Source: Octopus vulgaris (lineage: Eukaryota). From it: DNA of 64,000 nt. The stretch is taken from the NCBI GenBank assembly GCA_951406725.2, contig OX597819.1, forward strand, positions 45,632,001 through 45,696,000, in the 5' to 3' direction. Below, in pieces: positions 26,829-40,804 of this stretch. Numbering within the stretch: the stretch's first letter is position 1; every line of letters starts with the position of its first letter. A model generated the notes under the pieces. That model searched no databases. It was not told the DNA's origin and worked only from the letters and a program-made list of their open reading frames with translations. Both the position numbers and the translations under genes were made by a program.

Positions 26829-27715
26829 CATATATATATGTTGAAGGGTGAAAAGGAACACACGAGTTGATATGTATAAGAAAAATAAGACAAGGTAGAA
26901 AATGCTAAAATAATCTTAACATTTTCTACACACGCGCGTACATGCACAAGCACACACACACACTCACACGCACGCACACGCACAGTTATAGGCATACTAA
27001 TGGTTAAATATTGTAGAGATACAATAATTTAGCAAACTTATATATTGCATGCCACCTGTCCCTAAGAAGTTGCTCGGCGTTTGGGCATAGCGTTAGACAT
27101 ATTTCAGAACCATAACGCTGATCCATAAGAAAAGCATGAGAAAAAAACAAGGGAAGAAAAACGCGAAGAACATTTTCCAAAAAGTTGAAGGAAAAGAAAA
27201 AATGTAAGAAAACAAGATCTTCGTTCTATTTGTTAGTAGATATCTTAATTAACCTAGATGATGTAGAATAATAGATTTTTGGCACTCGACAGTAAATCAA
27301 CATTTCCTAAATGCTTAAAAATCAATTTTATTTATTTATTCCAGTTATGAATGTTTAATAACTGAATATTGTGAGTTTTCAACATGTGTCTATTTATTAG
27401 CGAAGACTCATAAAATAATTCTTTTTTTTTTTAACCTTAGAATTAAACGGATTTATTTCACTGTCGGGTGGCTTTTCGCCAACCCTGTATAATGGAGAAG
27501 AGACTGAAGCCTGGGAGAACGCTGCTGAAACTAGTTCGACAAAACCCTGCCAAATCATTGTAACTCCACAGTATGAAACTTTGACCCTGCATATAACGAA
27601 ACAGTAAACATTATATGTATACGTGTATTAATAAGTATATACATATGTGTGTGTGTGAGTGTAAGTCTGTGTGCGTGTGCGTGCGTGCGTATACGCAAAA
27701 ATATCTATCTATTAA

Positions 27716-27755
<40 letters not shown>

Positions 27756-27884
27756 ACATATAGGCATATGTATACATACATACATACATTTATATATATA
27801 TGAATTTATATAAATAAGGATCGATATTTAAATACCGATCATATCAGGTGACCAATATGGGAACAAAAACCTTCAAAGATAATA

Positions 27885-27944
27885 ATAATTATTAAAATTA
27901 CGATGTAGGGTATCTCGTAGATACCCTAAATTATAATTTTAATA

Positions 27945-27945
<1 letters not shown>
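27885..27945. repeat. Short hairpin palindrome
   Basis: tattaaaattacgatgtagggtatct-cgt-agataccctaaattataattttaata. Confidence 0.75.
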
Positions 27946-28035
<90 letters not shown>

Positions 28036-28135
28036 CATATATATATATATATATAATAAAATATTAGGGAATAAATCCAAACTTACAGGGGAAAATCAGA
28101 TTTAGGATTGAATCCAATTATATAGTAAAATATTA

Positions 28136-28393
28136 TATTATATTAAATTAGAGATAAAACTACTACTAGGCAAATCATACGATGAAAACCTTAAGCCAAT
28201 ACATAAGATTAATTAATTTATATTATTTAAATATATATCAAAATTGTTAAAAAAGATAATTAGTATAATTATACTAATTATCTTTTTTAATAATTTCGAT
28301 ATATATTTAAATAATATAAATTAATTAATCTTATGTATTGGCTTAAGTCTTTCATTGTATGATTTGCCTAATAGTGGTTTTATCTCTAATTTA

Positions 28394-28401
<8 letters not shown>
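28136..28401. repeat. Loop-less 266-bp near-perfect palindrome
   Basis: The centre tagtataa|ttatacta lies at 28268/28269. The arms pair without indels and with scattered mismatches. Confidence 0.92.
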
Positions 28402-28469
<68 letters not shown>

Positions 28470-28483
28470 AATGTATGTATATA

Positions 28484-30121
28484 AAGTATCTCACAGAAGT
28501 ATGCACACCCCTAAAAATTCTCAGTAAAATTGCCATTACTCTGATTACATCGAAGGATATTCAAATGAAATTTATACGAAATAAAATATATTATCCATAC
28601 AAACATTATACAAATTTGGAAAAAAAAACAATAAAAATTTTCAAAAATATGAACGCAATATTAATCTTCAAACGTTACAAAAGTAAGTACACCCCCAATG
28701 AAATTTGCTATATTTAGTATTTTATCCACGTTTTTGCTAAATTGAGATATTGCTGATAATTTCAATTCTGATAAATTATTCCTCCTGGTATTTTTGCACC
28801 GGTCATTGTTATTGCATCTGCAATAATTCTGATTTGTGTACCGTAGTGAAAATGTTCTTCATTGTGATTTCAGTGGCGCCGAAAAGGAAAGAATTGTCCG
28901 AAGATTTGACGAAAATTAGTTTTAATTCGCACCAGAATGCTTTGGGATACAAGTTAAATTAGCAAACGAATACATGCTAGCGTAAATGCAGTTGCCAAAT
29001 TAATTCAGGAGTATAAAGCTACTGGATGGCGAAGCAATAAACATCGTGTAGGTCGTTCTTCTATTTCAACTGCCCGTGATATTTGTCACATCCAACGCGT
29101 TGCGTGATGGATGACAGGCGTCGTACCGCTTCACCTTCGTCCCAAAAAGCGTCTTCTGTTAGTGGAATGAGTGAAACTGCCCAAACAGCTCGCCGAAGTT
29201 TGAACCAGTGTGGTCTTCATGGATGCATTCCCCGTAGGAAGCTTCTCTTCGCTACCAGTCATAAATCAAGTCGTCTTTCTTTTACCGAAACCTATATGAA
29301 TAAGAGGAAAGTGTTTTGGAATAAAATTCTTTTTGCTGACGAGACTAAAAATCAACCTGTTTGGTTCAGATGGTATTAAACGAGTATGGCGACGACCAGG
29401 TGAAGATAATAGCGACAAATGCACCGTGCCTCCTGTGAAACACGGCGCCGGAATTGTTACGCTTTGGAGATGCATGTGTTTGGCTGGCGTAGAAGAACTC
29501 ACATTTATTGAGAGAACAATGTATTCAAGGCTTCATTGTGATATTGCAGAAAACAATCTTGAAAAACATCAAGGAACTAGGAAGACTTTCCATGTTGCAC
29601 CATGATAATGACCCTAAACACACTTCAAAAATGATGACTAAGTTTTTATCAGACAAAAAGGTAAAGGTATTGCCTTGGCCTACCTTGTCACCTGATTTGA
29701 ACCCAATAGAACATCTGTTGGGTATTTTCAAAGGGAAGGTTGAGAAGAAAAATCCCTGCAATGTAACACAGTTGAAATACATCGTTCAGGATGACTGGAG
29801 GTCGATTTCATCAGTTACATGCGGAAATTTAGTCGACACTATGCCCACAAGACTTAATGCGATTATTGAAAGCAACGGCGGTCACATCAAATTTTGAAAA
29901 TAGCAAATAATACTTTAGGTTGTACATATTTTTGTATCGTTTGAAAATTAATATTTCATTCATATATTTTGAAAATGTTTATTGTTTTGTGTTCCTAATT
30001 TGCATGTTTGCATGTATAATATATTTTATTCAGTATAAACTTTGATTTCCTTTGATATTATCAGAGCAATGGCAATTTTAACGAATATTTTTAGGGGTGT
30101 ACGTACTTCTGTCAGATACTG
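28484..30121 (+). mobile_element. Full-length decayed Tc1 transposon, IR/DR type, DD34E
   Basis: TIRs of about 210 bp: (c)agtatctcacagaagtatgcacacccctaaaaa / tttttaggggtgtacgtacttctgtcagatactg. Inner direct repeats at about 28676-28696 and 29917-29938. Flanked by TA. Confidence 0.93.
28873..29897 (+). pseudogene. Tc1 transposase pseudogene
   Basis: APKRKELSEDL, GLHGCIPRRK, WNKILFADETK, PPVKHGAG, HHDNDPKH, WPTLSPDLNPIEHL, NGGHIKF*. Several frameshifts. The D-to-E spacing is 34. Confidence 0.92.
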
Positions 30122-30990
30122 TATATATACATACACGTTTGTGTGTGAATGCGTGTACCTGTGAGTGTGTATGTGTCTATGTATGTGTGCGTGTACCTGT
30201 GAGTGTGTATGTGTCTATGTATGTGTGCGTGGTGTGTGTGTGCGTGCGTGTGTGTGTAAATACACATTCAACCGAACTTCCACGTGAATCGGACATCTAG
30301 ACACAGTGTTTTAAAATGGCTTCGTCTCCTCAATTACAGATACCGCTTTAGTCATTCAATGCTAAGTTGGAAGTCTTGCTGTGTATAGGAAACAGCAAAC
30401 TATATTTGCTGGCGTGTGATAAAACTTTTCATGCGAAGAGGTAGGTTGTTCCAACATATGAAGCAATGTAAGATCAGTATAATGCTGTCTACCTTTACTT
30501 TTAACATGCTACTGCTCGTAATATTACCACAATCTTCAATTTATCATCGAAGTAAATGAGTATATTCTCAACTCTCTTCACCACATTATTTACTTCAACA
30601 ACTTCAGATCCAGTAAGCTTCGAGGAACATACAGGGCTTACACATTTCAAAGCTAAATATAAATGTCACAAATTCTTTATAAATACAAGATTCATACTTC
30701 ATCCTTGCAAACTTCAAGGTGGTCATGATAAAAGCATTCAAACAATAAACCCAAATTATATGCAGAATTCATCTGAGAAAGGAGTACACGTTTTCTATTG
30801 ACTGAAAAACTAGGGATCAATGGTTAATAAAAAATGAGATAATAGGTTCTATAAGAGATAAACTTAATAGAAAAAAATATAATTATATAAAAAAATTCAA
30901 CTTTATGAAAAAGGATGTGAGGATATTGGAGGGTATAAAAACACGGCATATTTGTATGTGTATATATATACACACACACACACACACATA

Positions 30991-31042
<52 letters not shown>

Positions 31043-31046
<4 letters not shown>

Positions 31047-31336
31047 CGTGACAGACCAGGCTATCAGATGTTGCTACACATCGCTGGTCACAATTGTTTT
31101 AGCCTTCAAATGACACCACCCCGCTGGCTAAGCGAGCAGGTCAACAGAAGAAAGAGCCAGAGAAAGTTGTGGCGAAAGAGTACAGCAGGGATCGAGACCA
31201 CTCACCTGGCGGAGCTTCGTGGAGCTTTTAGGTGTTTTCGCTCAATAAACAATCACAACGCCCGGTCTGGGAATTGAAACCGCGATCCTACAACCGCGAG
31301 TCCGCTGCCCTAACCACTGGGCCATTGCGCTTCCAC
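31043..31336 (-). mobile_element. tRNA-derived SINE family C
   Basis: The minus strand starts gtggaagcgcaatggcccagtggttagggcagcggactc..ggtttcaattccc (A and B boxes) and continues into a non-tRNA body. Confidence 0.8.
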
Positions 31337-31363
31337 GTTGTATATATATATATATACAACATG

Positions 31364-31427
<64 letters not shown>

Positions 31428-31439
31428 GTATATATATAT

Positions 31440-31667
31440 ATTTCTTTACTACCCACAAGGGGCTAAACATAGAGAGGACAAACAAGGACAGACAAAGGGA
31501 TTAAGTCGATTACATCGACCCCAGTGCGAAACTGGTACTTTATTTATCGACCCCGAAAGGATGAAAGGCAAAGTCAACCTCGGCGGAATTTGAACTCAGA
31601 ACGTAGCGACAGACGAAATACCGCTGAGCATTTCGCCCGGCGCGCTAACGTTTCTGCCAGCTCGCCG
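31440..31667 (-). mobile_element. SINE family B, first monomer of the dimeric form
   Basis: Nearly identical to 41518-41749. Confidence 0.92.
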
Positions 31668-32145
31668 TCATGTATGTATATATATAGACTTCTCAACAGA
31701 CTCTATATATAAATACGGGGTATGTATGTGAATATGTATGTGATAGGTAGGGAGAATGTATTGTGTCTAAGTGTGTGCTTGCGTGAGTGCTGTGGTGTAT
31801 ATTTTATATTAGTCTTCGAACTGCGACCACTCAGTGTGTGTGTGTGTGTGTGTGTATCTGCGCGCATTCCAATCTGTATACGTATTTCAAAGTTTGTTCA
31901 CGTCGGCATTTAAGTACACGTACCTATACACCTACATACGTCATGCATAAAGAGTATAATGAAACAACTTCGCTCCCGTATTTGTATTAATAGATAGTAG
32001 AAAAATGTTACTGATTGGTACACTTTTTACTCTACACATCTGGAATAAAAATATTATGCTCAACATTGGACTATATTCAAGATTGTATTGAATGAGTGCT
32101 CTCCAAATTTTACCTCAAAAAATCTTAATCATGAATATTTACGTG

Positions 32146-32184
<39 letters not shown>

Positions 32185-32459
32185 CGTATATATATGTGAA
32201 TATATATACAAATGTATATCATATACGCAAGTGTGTGTATATATACATATAAGTATATATAATATATATATACACATATACAGACATATAAATATGTATA
32301 TATACGCATATATAGACATATAAATATATATATATACCCATATATAAGGATATATATATATATTTATATATATATACATATATACACATGCATACATATA
32401 TGTATGTATATATATATACATATATGTATGTATATATTTGCATATGTTCTGTATTCATG

Positions 32460-32500
<41 letters not shown>

Positions 32501-32613
32501 TTATATGTGTGAGTGTGTGTATATACATACACATAGGTACATATACCTATGTTTGTGTGCCTGTAGTTATATATATGTGTACATGAGTACAGAATGACAA
32601 TGTGTGTGAGTCC

Positions 32614-32645
<32 letters not shown>

Positions 32646-32689
32646 GTACGCATCTTTGCGAGAGTCTGCAAGCATGCATGTGTATGTGC

Positions 32690-32742
<53 letters not shown>

Positions 32743-33242
32743 TGTGTGTGTGTGCGTGCGCGCGCGTGTGTGTATTCCATTCTTTATATGCGTCTCAGTG
32801 TTATGCCCTCGCTGGCATTTATATGTCTATCCATCTACGTACCTACATATCTACGTACATACTAAATATCTTGTTCATTCAGATAATATCTAACAACACA
32901 CTATCTGATGACAATATCTTTTGTAAAGTTCACATCTACAAACAAAACATAGAAACAGATAATCATGAGTCACCACTAGATATTTCAAAAGCTAAACGCC
33001 ATCTTAATTCCAAAGATATCTATAAACGAAATTTATTAACTAATGCATTCATAGATATCCATTTTTGTACTGAAAAATTCAGAGAACTAGCAGGTGTTTC
33101 CTACTGTTTTCAGTTCTCTAAATAAAATAATCTTTTAAAAGCAGCGTCTCGAAAGATGTTTACGAAAAACTGCTCCAATTCATATAGAATGGTAGACATA
33201 TAGAAACACATAGAAAGACAGACAGATAGAGAGAGATAGAGA

Positions 33243-33274
<32 letters not shown>

Positions 33275-33326
33275 GTGTGTGTGAGTGAGTGAGTTAGTGA
33301 GTGAGTGAGAGTAAGATAGTGAGAGT

Positions 33327-33366
<40 letters not shown>

Positions 33367-33418
33367 ACAATACAGAATTAAGTATTAATAGTTATCTATT
33401 AAGCTACATATAGACGGA

Positions 33419-33455
<37 letters not shown>

Positions 33456-33466
33456 GTATGCATATA

Positions 33467-33550
<84 letters not shown>

Positions 33551-33925
33551 TTGATAGATAGATAGATAACGTTAAACCCTCCTTCTTTCCTTCTTTCCTG
33601 AGCGTCCAATAATACTATATTTGTTCCACGTCCTCGCGTTGTTGTGTTTTTATTTTGTGCTTTCTTGTTTGGATTAACTATATATATATATACATACGTA
33701 TACAAAAAAGGATATGGACATATATATGTACAAACTTATATATATAGCAGTGGTGCCCCAGCATGACCGCAGCTCTGAGGCTGAAACAATTTAAAGATTT
33801 AAAGATTTATATATCTATCACATATCTATCGATATATATCTATCTATTTAACTCTCTCTCTCTCTCTCTCACTCACTCCCTATATATATATATACAAACA
33901 TAATCATATACGAGTATATATACAC

Positions 33926-33966
<41 letters not shown>

Positions 33967-34105
33967 AACTATTTTATACGTCTATGTTTAGACAACACGC
34001 ATCAGGTAATTATGAATGAACTTAAAATAAAAACGATGATAAGCACTGTTACTTGCTTACGTATACATATGCGGCCTTATGTATATATAAGTGAATATTA
34101 ATATG

Positions 34106-34139
<34 letters not shown>

Positions 34140-35205
34140 TGAATATTAATATGCATATATATATATATATAAGTGGGTTTGTATGTGTGAGTTTTTGTGT
34201 GCAGGTTTTTATAAATGCGAATGCATATACAATATATTTAATATATTCAATGCCTTAAGAATCTAAGTCAGTGAATATATATTGCAGAGTATCGGTGAAT
34301 AGCGAGTCGAACAAAAAGATATTAAGTGCTTCATTCTCTATAGTGCATACCAATAACGAAGAAACATTGTAACCGATATATGTAATATATAAGCCAGAAA
34401 GTGGTACCTATGTTGAGTTGTAATGCATTAGGCAAAATCTCTAAATGAATAAGAGATTAAAATTACATAGGTTAGCAAACAGATGCAAACAAGTGCGCGT
34501 GTAGACAGACAGATACAAACACAACGCGAGCACACACACAATCATTCATGTGGATATATACACTTGTAAGTAGTGGGTATATATAGTATTCGTACATATA
34601 TATATACAATAACCTGCACACACGCACATATATGTAAGTATATATATATATATACATCCCTTCAATAATCTATACATATATGAATATATATATACATAGA
34701 TATGTAAATATGTATACACGCACACACAAATATATATACGTATATACATATATAAACACTCACTCATATATATGCATGCATATATATATATATATATATA
34801 TGTGTGTATATACATATACACGCATATATATATACATATGAATATACACATACACACCCAGCCATGTATATATAGATAGATAGAGATATAGATAGATAGG
34901 TAGATAGATAGATAGATAGATATAAATATGTATGTAAGTTCAGAGAGAGAGGGAAAAGTGAGAGAGAGAGATTTAATAAATATCTAGCATATATTTAAAA
35001 TGTGTGTGTGTGCGCGTGCGTGTGTGTACGTGTGTGTGTTTGTACGTGTGTGTGTGTGTGTGTGTGTGTGAGAGTTTGTGTGTGCGCTTATAGATTCCGT
35101 TGTACATGAATATATCGTGATACATGATACTTGCATCGCACTAGTTTATCAATGTTGAGCACTCGGTGGCAACTAATTTATACATCAAAAAGAGCATTCT
35201 ATAAC

Positions 35206-35246
<41 letters not shown>

Positions 35247-35298
35247 TATATGTGTGTGTATGAATGCATGCATGGATAGATAGATGCAGGCATTTATA

Positions 35299-35341
<43 letters not shown>

Positions 35342-35586
35342 TGTACGTATGTAGTGCATACATGTCTATGGGAAAGTACATGTATCTACTTTAATTGTAT
35401 GTGTTTATGGGTGTATATGTCTATGTGCAACAATGCTTAGATTTCTGCTTACAATTCAAAGTAATTTCGAAACATAAAACCTTTAAAGCAATTTATGAAC
35501 TCATTTGAAGTTCATGACATGCGCAATGAATGTCAAACATTAAGCAATAAATCATATATTTCAGTGAAATAAGAACAGAAATAATA

Positions 35587-35628
<42 letters not shown>

Positions 35629-35952
35629 ATATATATATTAGAAGCCACAACAAAAATTTGAACAACAAAGGCAGTTGCACAAAAAAAAAATGAGTGCCAC
35701 ACAATCTTTTTAAATGAGACCCAGACAACATATAAATAGAAGAGGTTTATATATCTATTTGTATGTACGTGTGTGTGTGTGTGCGTGTGTGCGCGTGTAT
35801 GTGTGTGTCCGTGTGTGCGTGTGTGCGTGTGTGTGTGTGTGCGCGTGGGCTGTCGGGCGACGCACGATGTGTATATGTATACGTATTTTTATAGCTTATA
35901 TGTGTTTGTGTGTATACATCTACACATATATATATATATATATATGTATGTG

Positions 35953-35990
<38 letters not shown>

Positions 35991-36139
35991 CATGTGTGTG
36001 TGTGTGTGTATGTGTGCGTATGTATATTTAGGTATATGTATAAATATATTCATGCAGCCATGACTGTTCTCCTCGTTCAATGTCTCATTATACATATATA
36101 TATACGTATACATTAACATGTGTGTGTATGTCTCTCTCA

Positions 36140-36220
<81 letters not shown>

Positions 36221-36233
36221 CACACACACATAC

Positions 36234-36267
<34 letters not shown>

Positions 36268-36674
36268 GTATGTGTGTGTGTGTAAGTTTGTAAGTATATT
36301 CGTATACATATATATGCAGTCATACATATACCCACCCTTCATCGTATTCTAGTTCTTTTTATTAATTTATTCAATTTTTCTACTCTTTTATTAATTGGAA
36401 TGAAGATTATATCTAATATTAAGGAGCTCGTATAGAATAAATACGTACTCTCACACACATACAATACCTCAATGGATATCTTCGTCACAACCACAAACAC
36501 ACACGCACACACACAAACACACACACGCGTGTGTCTGTGTGTGTGTGTGTTTTCATGTTTATATTTATATGTATTTATATATGGAGAAATATAATTGTAT
36601 ATCCATTTCTATGATCATATTTTGTATACTTCCCACATACAGTAGATATACATAAGTGCCCGTAAACACGCAGG

Positions 36675-36720
<46 letters not shown>

Positions 36721-36848
36721 AACATATACATATATATATACATATATATATGTATATATACATGCATATATATATATATAACTGCATATCTATTCATTTA
36801 AATGTATGTATATATATATATATATATATTTTTACACATATGTATATA

Positions 36849-36915
<67 letters not shown>

Positions 36916-37016
36916 TTGTATATATATATATATATTTACATATATGTATGTATGTATGTATATACATATATTTATATATATGTAAATATTTATATATATA
37001 TAAATATACTTACGTG

Positions 37017-37052
<36 letters not shown>

Positions 37053-37542
37053 TACTTACGTGTATATATATATATATATATATTCACATTCTTATATGCA
37101 TACATAGGTTCTTACATATGTGTATGTGTGTATGTACACACTTGTGCATGAAACACACTAAAATATATCCAATAACTATATTAGTGCACAAAAGAAGACA
37201 AGGATATAAAAAATAATTCTCGGTTGAAAAAAATAAATATACATATATATGAATTATTTTTAAAAATCACGAAAACAAGATTAAAGGGGAAATAATGGAT
37301 TCTTTATATAATAAGTCTAATTTCTGTGAACAGCATTTTTCATATGATGTGACTAATTTGACGTTTAATAACATTTTTGGTGGCTTGCCGTTTTGGAGAT
37401 CTATTCAATTATAATTGGCTACGTATAATCCTCGTCTGATAACGTGAAGGATATCAGATATGAATGAATGTGAATCTACTTATAATTGCAGCAACACATA
37501 CTTGCAATCTTTCATAAAATTTGTTGGCTTTCTCACACACGT

Positions 37543-37619
<77 letters not shown>

Positions 37620-37626
37620 CATACAC

Positions 37627-37657
<31 letters not shown>

Positions 37658-37911
37658 CATACACATATATATACATGTGTGTGTATAAGTGTGTGTGCGT
37701 GCGTGTGTGTATGTATATATGTATATATAGAGAGATAGATAGATTTATAGATAGATAGATTGATAGACAGATAGATGCACACACACAAACATATATATAT
37801 ATATGTGTGTGTGTGTGTGTTTGTGTTTCTGTGTGTATTCATTCATGTATGGATACAGATGCAAATCTGGGTATACATACCTACAGACTCATATTTATTT
37901 GCTTGTATGAG

Positions 37912-37960
<49 letters not shown>

Positions 37961-38260
37961 GCATACACACACACATACACGCACACGCACACAGAGAGAT
38001 ATATCTCAAGAAACAAATCAGTGCATACATATGTATAATAAACACATCCATCAATCAAAAGTCTCTTTGTAACTACGTAGATCTCTCTCTCTCTCTCTAC
38101 TATCTATCTCTGTATCTATCTATTTACCTATCTAAACATCTATCTGTATGCATGTATGCACACACACACACACACACATATAAATATATACGTAAATACA
38201 TACATGTATTCATATATATATATATATACATACGTACATACATGCATTCATATACGGTGA
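32146..38260. repeat. Large microsatellite-dominated block with short unique islands
   Basis: (TA)n, (TG)n, (GA)n and (GATA)n tracts are directly visible. Confidence 0.9.
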
Positions 38261-39599
38261 TAAAGAAACAGACACAGAAGCGTGAGAGTGAACAAGTGAA
38301 GAAATGAGAAACAGCAAGTCTTGTAAAACATTACCAATATCATCATCATCATCATCATTATTATTATTATTATTATTATTTTTATTTTTATTATCATCAT
38401 CATCATTATTTTGTCATTGTTATTCTAACATCAGTCATAACGAGCAACAGTTAATATTCTTAGATAAATTGAGCCATCCCGACTAACTCCTTGACATTGT
38501 TCACTTTCGATGATCATCATATCCGTTGCCTAGCAAAGAATTTTCTATTATTTGAATAATTGCCGTTTGGTACTCAAGTATTTCCATAAAGAGTCAAGTT
38601 TAGTGTTTCTAAGTTTCAGGATGTCTTGTTTGACAGTTAAGTTCTTTCCTGCCTCTTCGTTCTTCTTCGACCGTTTCAGTACTCCCTGTTTGAAGTTATT
38701 CGATTCAACGTTAACATTTTGCAATCAATGCTACTAAATTTGCCCTATTATAGTAATAGAACCCGCATTTCTGTTTCACCACATCTTTGAAGCGTTTCTC
38801 ATGCTCTTCTTTTCATGCTGCTCTTTCATTAATTTAGAGACAGAAGAGTTTTCTTTGAAGCCGTTAATGAAATATTTGCACGACGCGACTTGCCGAGCTG
38901 AATTGGTTTTCTTCGGACTATTAAATCCTATTCAGGTTACTTTAGCTTCACGGAGTCCACTGAGGTATTGATGATAGTCCTCAGCGATATATTATGCAAC
39001 ATTAGATTGAAGTGTTTCATTTGACAATGAGACCATTCGCAAGCAGCGATGAAACGGTACCAGCTTTGTGGATTACGCGTTTCTTTTTGTATTGTTTTCT
39101 TTCTGAGATTTCTCTTAGCTTCAGCACTGCCGATTTTGCACATGATTTAATCCCCAGTGGCAGCATTAGAAGGCAAATGGCTTCTCAGATTCGTGGTATG
39201 GTAAACATACTTGAAATCCTCTCCATTTTCTTCTGAGAAAAGTGCAGGTACCTCGAGTAAAATATTGGCACAAAATTCTTCCGGCCTTTGGCTGATGTTC
39301 AGGCTCAGATGAGTATAATCTTGATCGAACACTCACGAAATGATTTGTCGGTTTTTCTCTGAGTTTTTGGTAACACAGTAGTTCGTATTGTGAGTCTTTG
39401 CAACGATGTTTCTCTTGTCTTATATTGAAGTTTGAGCATGGTTAGATTGAACCGTGTATCTTTCATTCTATAGACATTTCATTGTTAAATAGTCACCTCT
39501 CGTTGCTGAGATTCATAATCTCGAAGAATACAATGAACAGTATAAATGTGATGACGCGGCCCTTCTTTCTTCCGAAATTCATTAGCAAAAGCTCAGGCG

Positions 39600-39849
39600 T
39601 AAAGTGAAGTTACCTTCTCGAGTCATAACGCCTCATAAAGACCGGTTTCCCGCGGTTTCCATAGCGTATAAATTACCCACTTGGACGGGTCGCCGGTCCC
39701 TCGCAGGATAATTCACTTTAACCAGCTGAGTGGACTGGAGCAACGTGAAATGAAGTGTTTTGCTCAAGAACACGTCGGCCGGTCCAAAAATCGAAATCAC
39801 AATTTTACGATTATATGGCCATCACATTAACCACTAAGCCACGTACCTC
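39600..39849 (-). mobile_element. tRNA-derived SINE family D (CORE-like domain)
   Basis: Minus strand: gtggcttagtggttaa..gatttcgatt..gtgttcttgagcaaaacacttcatttcacgttgctccagtccactcagctg. Confidence 0.7.
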
Positions 39850-40453
39850 AACTCAAAAAAGACTTAGATGGATCTTTGCAGATATTTAATCATGACAAAC
39901 TCTTAGAATTTTTATGAACTTATCCAAGCGAACAACTGGTGCTCCGGAGACCCAACATGTGTAATTTGATCATTTGATTACCTTTGCTAGATCCATGAAA
40001 GTCAAGGAAATAGGCTGAAGTTGTTGGTACATAACTGACCACAGTAAAATTCTGAGTCGATTCAACTCAGACACTTGCTTGCAGTGGATACTGTATTGAT
40101 CTTACGACAATTGCCAAAGCTCTTGAGAATAGCGACAATGAGAACATCCGTGTGAGCGATTTTGGTTTGCATTTAACCCTTGATAATTAGACGATGAAGT
40201 TTGTTCTTGAGAAAAACACACTGAGTTTGATGAATTCCAGCATTATTAACCTGAAGCATTTGATGGCGAGGTAGACGGCATTACTGGATGGGATTTTCTT
40301 CAAATTTTCATCGTGGAAATTTCAAATTTTCGTGGAAGAAATAACGAACAACCACTTTGTTAATACAGTTCTATATTTAAGAGATGAGGAATTATGTACA
40401 TTGTTTACATTATTTACATTTGACGGATATTTGTCCTCATCTTGTTTGTTGTT

Positions 40454-40496
40454 AACACGTTTCGGCTGATATACCCTCCAGCCTTCATCAGGTGTC
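40454..40496 (-). ncRNA. Minimal type I hammerhead ribozyme motif (small deletion at the cleavage site)
   Basis: GACAC-CUGAUGA-A-GGCUG(GAGGGUAUAU)CAGCC-GAAAC-GUGUU. Confidence 0.55.
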
Positions 40497-40758
40497 TTGT
40501 GGAAATGTCGAACCTGGGTTCTCATTCCTAAGTATTTTTTGAGGTTGTTATTATTATTGATATTCAGGTCATTGCCTGGAATCGAACTCGGAATATTAGC
40601 GTTAGTAACCCGCGCTCTTAGTCCCAAAATTCCGAGATCGATTTCACGCAGTGACCTGAACAACAACAACAACAACAATGACAACAATAATAATAATAAT
40701 AATAATAACATCGAAAAATTTCTTTAGGAATGAGAACCCAGGTTCGAAATTTCACCAA

Positions 40759-40804
40759 GACACCTGATGAAGGCTGGAGGGTATATCAGCCGAAGCGTTG
40801 TGTT
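40759..40804 (+). ncRNA. Minimal type I hammerhead ribozyme motif (GAAA changed to GAAG)
   Basis: GACAC-CUGAUGA-A-GGCUG(GAGGGUAUAU)CAGCC-GAAG-CGU-U-GUGUU, with stem I GACAC/GUGUU. Confidence 0.6.

Noticed and set aside
27500-27545. ctgaag..gaaactagtt hammerhead-like motif
   Set aside because: The CUGANGA core is incomplete and stems I and II do not pair convincingly.
30314-30470. Possible pogo/Brinker-type DNA-binding domain remnant
   Set aside because: The similarity is too faint to support by eye.
31255-31336. tRNA-like sequences here and at other SINE heads
   Set aside because: There is no proper acceptor stem and each continues into a SINE body.
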